Assembly (NCBI GenBank): GCA_963718235.1
Contig: CAVQYR010000001.1
Span: forward strand, 768,001-832,000
Length of the DNA stretch: 64,000 nt
Reading direction: 5' to 3'
From: an uncultured Actinomycetota bacterium
GTDB taxonomy: Bacteria > Actinomycetota > Actinomycetes > JAHEKZ01
Shown here in pieces: positions 58,441 to 64,000 of the stretch. How positions within the stretch are numbered: position 1 is the stretch's first letter; the number at the start of each line of letters is the position of its first letter. A model generated the notes under the pieces. That model was not told where the DNA came from. It ran no database searches and saw only the letters and a list, made by a program, of their open reading frames with translations. The position numbers were made by a program, and so were the translations under genes.

Positions 58441-60198
58441 TCAACTTGTGATCTCGCAGATGACCGCGCCGCTGGCCAGCGTCTGACCCACCTCGGCCGC
58501 CAGGGCGGTGATGGTGCCGGCCTTGTGCGCGTTGAGCGGCTGCTCCATCTTCATCGCCTCGAGCACCACGATCATCTGTCCCGACTCGACCTGGTCACCC
58601 TCGGCCACGGCGAGCTTGACGATGGTTCCCTGCATGGGGCTGGTCAGTGCGTCGCCGGACGCCGCCGCGGAGGACTTGCGCTTGCCCGACCGCTTGGGTG
58701 CGGCTCGACCCGCCGGTGCCGACCCGGTCATCGACCCGATCCCGGCCGGGAGCACGACCTCCAGCCGCTTGCCACCCACCTCGACGGTGACCCGCTCGCG
58801 CGGCGCGGCCTCCGGTGTTTCGGCAGGGGCGCCCTGGTACGGCGCGATGGTGTTCTCGAACTGGGTCTCGATCCACCGGGTGTGGATCGAGAACGGCGTC
58901 GCGTCGTCGGTGGCGAAAGCGGGGTCGGCGACCACGGCGCGGTGGAACGGGATCACCGTGGGCATGCCGTCGATCTCGTACTCGGCCAGCGCGCGGCGTG
59001 AGCGTTCCAGCGCCTCCTTGCGGTCGCGGCCGGTCACGATGAGCTTGGCGATCAGCGAGTCGAACGCCTGCGGCACGGTGGCGCCGCTCTCGTAGCCGCC
59101 GTCGACGCGCACGCCGGGACCACCTGGTGTGCGCAGGTGCGTGATGGTCCCCGGTGCGGGCATGAAGCTGCGTCCGGCGTCCTCGGCGTTGATCCGGAAC
59201 TCGAAGGAGTGCCCGCGCAGGGGCGGGTCGTCGTAGCCGAGCATCTCGCCGTCGGCGATCCGGAACATCTCACGCACGAGGTCGACGCCGGAGACCTCCT
59301 CGGTGACCGGGTGCTCGACCTGCAGGCGGGTGTTGACCTCGAGGAACGAGATCGTGCCGTCCTGCCCGACCAGGAACTCACAGGTGCCGGCACCGGTGTA
59401 CCCGGCCTCGCGCAGGATCGCCTTGCTGGCCCGACGCAGCTCGGCCTCCTGGGCGTCGGACAGGTACGGCGCGGGGGCCTCCTCGACGAGCTTCTGGTTG
59501 CGCCGCTGCAGCGAGCAGTCGCGGGTCGAGACGACCACGACGTTGCCGTGCTGGTCGGCCAGGCACTGGGTCTCGACGTGGCGGGGCTGGTCGAGGAACC
59601 GTTCGACGAAGCACTCCCCGCGTCCGAAGGCGGTGACCGCCTCACGCACCGCGGAGTCGAACAGCTCGGGGATCTCGTCGAGGGATCGGGCCACCTTCAG
59701 GCCGCGACCGCCCCCGCCGTAGGCGGCCTTGATCGCGACCGGCAGGCCGTGCTCCTGGGCGAAGGTGACGACCTCGTCGGCGCCGGCCACCGGGTCGGAC
59801 GTACCCGGGACCAACGGGGCCCCGACCCGCTGGGCGATGTGCCGGGCCTGCACCTTGTCGCCGAGGGCGTCGATGGCGGCGGGTGGAGGCCCGATCCAGG
59901 TGATCCCGGCGTCGATGACCGCCTGGGCGAAGCCGGCGTTCTCGGCGAGGAACCCGTACCCGGGGTGGATCGCGTCGGCCCCGGAGCGTCGGGCGACGTC
60001 GAGGATCTTCGCGACGTCCAGGTAGGTCTGGGCAGGGGTGTCGCCGTCGAGGGCGTAGGCCTCGTCGGCCTCCCGCACGTGCAGCGCGTCCCGGTCGGCG
60101 TCGGCGTAGACGGCGACCGAGCCCAGCCCGGCGTCGCGCGCGGCGCGAGCGATCCGGACGGCGATCTCGCTCCGGTTGGCGATCAGGACCTTGCGCAC
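58441..60198 (-). CDS. acyl-CoA carboxylase alpha subunit (biotin carboxylase plus biotin carrier; AccA/BccA type)
   Basis: [37 protein letters not shown] biotin site. Confidence 0.97.
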   Translation of the reverse strand: MRKVLIANRSEIAVRIARAARDAGLGSVAVYADADRDALHVREADEAYALDGDTPAQTYLDVAKILDVARRSGADAIHPGYGFLAENAGFAQAVIDAGITWIGPPPAAIDALGDKVQARHIAQRVGAPLVPGTSDPVAGADEVVTFAQEHGLPVAIKAAYGGGGRGLKVARSLDEIPELFDSAVREAVTAFGRGECFVERFLDQPRHVETQCLADQHGNVVVVSTRDCSLQRRNQKLVEEAPAPYLSDAQEAELRRASKAILREAGYTGAGTCEFLVGQDGTISFLEVNTRLQVEHPVTEEVSGVDLVREMFRIADGEMLGYDDPPLRGHSFEFRINAEDAGRSFMPAPGTITHLRTPGGPGVRVDGGYESGATVPQAFDSLIAKLIVTGRDRKEALERSRRALAEYEIDGMPTVIPFHRAVVADPAFATDDATPFSIHTRWIETQFENTIAPYQGAPAETPEAAPRERVTVEVGGKRLEVVLPAGIGSMTGSAPAGRAAPKRSGKRKSSAAASGDALTSPMQGTIVKLAVAEGDQVESGQMIVVLEAMKMEQPLNAHKAGTITALAAEVGQTLASGAVICEITS

Positions 60199-60309
60199 GA
60201 GCGGCTCCAGGAGATGGGCGGGCGCAGGTGAGTCTAGGGACGACCCGGTCCGGCAGGGGACACCCGGGCGGACCTGCTCCCGGTGACTTGACGTCCGGGG
60301 GGACGTAAG

Positions 60310-60328
60310 TAAGGTACGGCTTACCTAA
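60310..60328 (+). promoter_or_regulatory. IdeR/DtxR/DmdR iron box overlapping a sigmaA-like -10 element
   Basis: TAAGGTACGGCTTACCTAA matches 18/19 of TWAGGTWAGSCTWACCTWA. TTGACG at 60288 is 16 bp upstream of TAAGGT. Confidence 0.9.
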
Positions 60329-60345
60329 CTTATCAAGGAGACTCC

Positions 60346-60717
60346 GTGATGCCCCGTTCCACGCCGGCTGCCTGCCTGGTTGCCTTGGCCGCTGCCGTGT
60401 CCTTGTCCGCCTGCTCCGGGGGTGACTCGCCCGTCGCCGCGGAACAGCTCTCCGTGACCTCGTCGGACGACGTGTGCACCGTCAACGACGACCGTGTGGC
60501 CGCCGGCCCGGTGACCCTGACCGTGGTCAACGAGGGGGACCAGGTCACCGAGGTCTACGTCTACGGGGAGGGTGACGCGATCATCGGCGAGAAGGAGGAC
60601 ATCACTCCCGGCTCGTCGGCGGACTTCACCGTCGAGCTGGAGGCCGGCCGCTACGAGATCGCCTGCAAGCCGGGGCAGACCGGCGACGGCATCCGGACCG
60701 AGCTCACCGTCGAGTAG
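60346..60717 (+). CDS. cupredoxin-domain lipoprotein resembling the EfeO N-terminal domain
   Basis: LSAC lipobox; [25 protein letters not shown]; AAGGAG RBS. Confidence 0.82.
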   Translation: MMPRSTPAACLVALAAAVSLSACSGGDSPVAAEQLSVTSSDDVCTVNDDRVAAGPVTLTVVNEGDQVTEVYVYGEGDAIIGEKEDITPGSSADFTVELEAGRYEIACKPGQTGDGIRTELTVE

Positions 60718-61342
60718 CCGCGCCCCACAGGTCGGTCACGGGGACGTCGAGCTCGGCGAGTAGAAGACGCAGCAGCGGCAGCGACAGCCCGAGCACCGTC
60801 CCGGGGTCGCCGTCGATGCCGTCGACGAACCAGCCGCCGAGCCGGTCGAGGGTGAACCCCCCGGCCACCCGCAGCGGCTCCCCGGTCGCGACGTAGGCGT
60901 GGATCTCCGCATCGGTCGGGCTGCCGAACCGCACCACCGCCGAGGCCAGCGCGGAGACCCGGCGGTGCTTCGCGGGGGTGTCGGTCAGCTGCACCAGGCA
61001 GTGCCCGGTGTGCAGCAGCCCCGACCGGCCGCGCATCGCCTGCCAACGGGCGACCGCGTCCGCCTCGTCGACCGGCTTCCCGAACGCCCGGCCGTCGAGC
61101 TCGAGCACCGAGTCGCAGCCGAGCACCAGGGTGGTCCGGCGGTGCGTCGGTTCGTCGTCGGACAGCGCCAGCTGGTCGGCCACGGCCTGGGCCTTGTGCT
61201 CGGCGAGGACCAGCGCGAGCTCGTCCGCAGGACCGGACACGGCGTCCTCGTCGACGCCGCTGACGACCACCTCGGGGTGGGCGCCGGCCGCCCGCAGCAG
61301 CGCCAGCCGGGCGGGCGACGCCGACGCGAGAACGAGCCGCAC
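60704..61342 (-). CDS. maf: Maf nucleoside triphosphate pyrophosphatase (start approximate)
   Basis: [29 protein letters not shown]. Confidence 0.93.
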   Translation of the reverse strand: MRLVLASASPARLALLRAAGAHPEVVVSGVDEDAVSGPADELALVLAEHKAQAVADQLALSDDEPTHRRTTLVLGCDSVLELDGRAFGKPVDEADAVARWQAMRGRSGLLHTGHCLVQLTDTPAKHRRVSALASAVVRFGSPTDAEIHAYVATGEPLRVAGGFTLDRLGGWFVDGIDGDPGTVLGLSLPLLRLLLAELDVPVTDLWGAATRR

Positions 61343-61365
61343 CGAGGACACGACGTCCGAGCCGC

Positions 61366-61575
61366 TCAGCGCGGCCAGGCGCTGGCGCGCCAGGCACCGG
61401 TGGCCGGTCGCAGGGGCGGTCGCACCAGCCGCCCACGAGACGCCCACACCGACTGTGGGCGCGGCGGGGTGCTGCGTTCGAACTCGGGGCCGCTGGCCGC
61501 GACGACGGCCACCAGGGCCGCCACCTCGGCGGCGGTCGGCTCGCCCTTGACGATGCGCAGCGCCGGGTCGCTCAC
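61366..61575 (-). CDS. acyl-CoA carboxylase epsilon subunit
   Basis: [31 protein letters not shown] overlap with the beta-subunit stop. Confidence 0.88.
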   Translation of the reverse strand: MSDPALRIVKGEPTAAEVAALVAVVAASGPEFERSTPPRPQSVWASRGRLVRPPLRPATGAWRASAWPR

Positions 61576-63179
61576 AGCGGGATGTTCCCGTGCTTCTTGG
61601 GCGGGCGGCTGGCCCGTTTCGTGCGCAGCATCCGCAGCGCGCGCATGACCTGCTGCCGGGTGTGGGCCGGCTCGATGACGGCGTCGATGTAGCCGCGCTC
61701 GGCGGCGAGGTAGGGGTTGAGCAGGGCGTCCTCGTAGTCCTCGATCAGCCGGGCCCGCTCGGCGTCGACCGCGTCCCGCTCGGCCGCCTCGGCGAGCTCC
61801 TTGCGGTGCAGGATGTTCACCGCGCCCTGGGCCCCCATGACGGCGATCTGGGCCGTCGGCCAGGCCAGGTTGACGTCGGCCCCCAGGTGCTTGGAGCCCA
61901 TGACGTCGTAGGCCCCGCCGTAGGCCTTGCGGGTGATCACGGTGACCAGGGGGACGGTCGCCTCGGCGTAGGCGTAGATCAGCTTGGCGCCGCGCCGGAT
62001 GATGCCGTCCCACTCCTGGTCGGTCCCGGGCAGGAAGCCGGGGACATCGACGAAGGTGAGCACCGGCACGTTGAAGGCATCGCAGGTGCGCACGAAGCGC
62101 GCTGCCTTCTCCGACGCGGCGATGTCGAGGGTGCCGGCGAACTGCATCGGCTGGTTGGCCACCACCCCGACCGACCGCCCCTCGACCCGGCCGAAGCCGG
62201 TCAGGATGTTCGGCGCGTACAGCGGCTGGACCTCGAAGAAGTCACCGTCGTCGACCACCGCCTCGATCACGGTGTGCATGTCGTACGGGTGGTTGGCCGA
62301 GTCGGGGATCAGCGTGTCCAGCGCCTGGTCCTCGTCGGTGACGGCGTCGCTGACGTCGCTGGCGAACACCGGTGGGTCCTCGAGGTTGTTGCTCGGCAGG
62401 TACGACAGCAGCTGACGGGTCAGCTCGAGCGCATCGTTCTCGTCGGCGGCGGCGAAGTGGGCGACCCCGCTCTTGGCCTGGTGGCTCTGGGCGCCGCCCA
62501 GCTCCTCGAACTCGACGTCCTCACCGGTGACCGTCTTGATGACGTCGGGTCCGGTGATGAACATGTGCGAGGTCTTGTCGACCATGACGATGAAGTCGGT
62601 GATCGCGGGCGAGTAGACCGCACCGCCCGCGCACGGCCCCATGATCAGCGAGATCTGCGGGATCACCCCGGACGCCTGGACGTTGCGGTAGAAGATCTCG
62701 CCGTACTCGGCGAGCGAGGCCACGCCCTCCTGGATCCGGGCGCCGCCGGAGTCGTTGATCCCGACCAGGGGGGCGCCGGTCTTCAGGGCGAGGTCCATGA
62801 CCTTGACGATCTTCTCGCCGAACACCTCGCCCAGCGAGCCGCCGAAGACGGTGAAGTCCTGGGCGAAGACGAACACGAGTCGACCGTCGACGGTGCCGTG
62901 TCCGGTGATGACGCCGTCGCCGTACGGGCGCTTGTTCTGCAGCCCGAAGTTGTGGGTGCGGTGCCGGGCGAGGGCGTCCAGCTCGACGAAGGACCCGTCG
63001 TCGAGGAAGGCGTCGACCCGCTCGCGTGCGGTCATCTTGCCGCGCTTGTGCTGGGCCTCCACCGCACGGTCGGACCCGGCGTGGACGGCCTCGTCGACCT
63101 TGTGCTGCAGCTGGGCGAGCTTGCCCGCCGTCGTGTGCAGGTCGACTTCCTGCGGGGCGGGTACGGGCTCGGCGGCCAT
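61572..63179 (-). CDS. pccB: propionyl-CoA carboxylase beta (carboxyltransferase) subunit
   Basis: [39 protein letters not shown]. Confidence 0.95.
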   Translation of the reverse strand: MAAEPVPAPQEVDLHTTAGKLAQLQHKVDEAVHAGSDRAVEAQHKRGKMTARERVDAFLDDGSFVELDALARHRTHNFGLQNKRPYGDGVITGHGTVDGRLVFVFAQDFTVFGGSLGEVFGEKIVKVMDLALKTGAPLVGINDSGGARIQEGVASLAEYGEIFYRNVQASGVIPQISLIMGPCAGGAVYSPAITDFIVMVDKTSHMFITGPDVIKTVTGEDVEFEELGGAQSHQAKSGVAHFAAADENDALELTRQLLSYLPSNNLEDPPVFASDVSDAVTDEDQALDTLIPDSANHPYDMHTVIEAVVDDGDFFEVQPLYAPNILTGFGRVEGRSVGVVANQPMQFAGTLDIAASEKAARFVRTCDAFNVPVLTFVDVPGFLPGTDQEWDGIIRRGAKLIYAYAEATVPLVTVITRKAYGGAYDVMGSKHLGADVNLAWPTAQIAVMGAQGAVNILHRKELAEAAERDAVDAERARLIEDYEDALLNPYLAAERGYIDAVIEPAHTRQQVMRALRMLRTKRASRPPKKHGNIPL

Positions 63180-63348
63180 CAGGTCCCTTTCGGCAGATCC
63201 CGGTCGGCTTCATCGGAGCGGGGCGTTCGTAGCCTAACGAGGGCGCCCGCGGGGCGCTGCGCCGAACGGTGCACACGCGGCCCTTGAGGTCAATGAGCTG
63301 GACCAGCCCGCCGATGGTCAGACGAAGGGTCGCATTCGGGGGGAGTCC

Positions 63349-64000
63349 ATGGAGCAGGCTCGGCGGGAAGGGCTGCCGGTCGCGGCTGACGACCGCGGCC
63401 TGGCCGGCTCCCGCCTGCGCGCACTCAGCGAGATCGGTCGGGTCGCCATGACGGCACCGGCGGACGACGTGCTCGAGCAGGTCCTGCGCCGAGCCCGGCT
63501 GGCCCTCGGCGGCGACTCGTCGTCGCTGGGGGTGTGGCGACCCGAGCGCCAGCTGCTGCACACACTGGTGAACGAGGGCGACCTGGCCGACTGGGAGCAG
63601 CCCCGGCCGACCGAGGAGACGTACCCGGCCGACCAGAGCACCTGGCTGGCGGGGATGCCGGACGGGCATCTCGGGCTGGTGATGAACCTGGACGACCCTG
63701 ACCTGGCGGCCGACGACCGTGAGTACCTCACCGCGCTGGGCAAGCAGTCGTCGATCAGCCTGCCGATCCTGCTCGCGGGTGAGTGGTGGGGCGAGCTGTT
63801 CTTCGCCCGCCGGGCTGACCAGGCGCCGTTCACCGATGCCGACCTCGACTGGGGCGCCGCGGTCGCCGCTCAGGTCGGCGCGGCACTCGAGGCCGTGGAG
63901 CACCTCGGACGGGTGGCCGACCTGGCCCGGACCGACCCGCTCACCGGCCTGGCCAACCGCCGGGCGGTGGACGAGTGGATGGACGAAGCCCTGGCCGCCT
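63349..64000 (+). CDS. GAF-sensor diguanylate cyclase (3'-truncated; absent from the ORF track)
   Basis: Manual translation MEQARREG..SLPILLAGEWWGELF..FTDADL..ARTDPLTGLANRRA. The GGDEF motif itself lies beyond the window. Confidence 0.82.
   Translation, partial: MEQARREGLPVAADDRGLAGSRLRALSEIGRVAMTAPADDVLEQVLRRARLALGGDSSSLGVWRPERQLLHTLVNEGDLADWEQPRPTEETYPADQSTWLAGMPDGHLGLVMNLDDPDLAADDREYLTALGKQSSISLPILLAGEWWGELFFARRADQAPFTDADLDWGAAVAAQVGAALEAVEHLGRVADLARTDPLTGLANRRAVDEWMDEALAA

Overview
High-GC actinobacterial chromosomal segment. The backbone follows the Streptomyces-like order pcrA-lipase-B12 subunit-sucCD-DUF6350-purNH-folD-mdh-icd-trpS-dac-sdhCDAB-mutase-deoA-add-pmm-lpdA-accA-maf-pccEB, with accessory genes inserted into it. 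Main leads: (1) one palindrome, CTGA-N8-TCAG (BetI/TetR-like architecture), sits just upstream of three widely separated loci: a trimethylamine/histamine-dehydrogenase homologue, a Rieske oxygenase/DMT pair, and an acyl-CoA dehydrogenase/ligase-aminotransferase pair. This suggests a dispersed N-methyl-amine catabolic regulon. (2) That dehydrogenase homologue lacks both the flavinylation Cys and one Fe-S Cys. (3) A tandem non-canonical cNMP-domain/PlsC acyltransferase fusion lies back to back with a CE7-like esterase. (4) A ~6 kb radical SAM / methyltransferase / epimerase-DegT / Alg14-Alg13 sugar-tailoring cassette. Also seen: LexA, IdeR/DtxR and MprA-like boxes, a DUF222 remnant, many apparently leaderless genes, and several single-base frameshifts that may be sequencing errors. 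No rRNA, tRNA, CRISPR array or intact transposase was recognised. All calls come from motif recognition by eye; no database searches were run.
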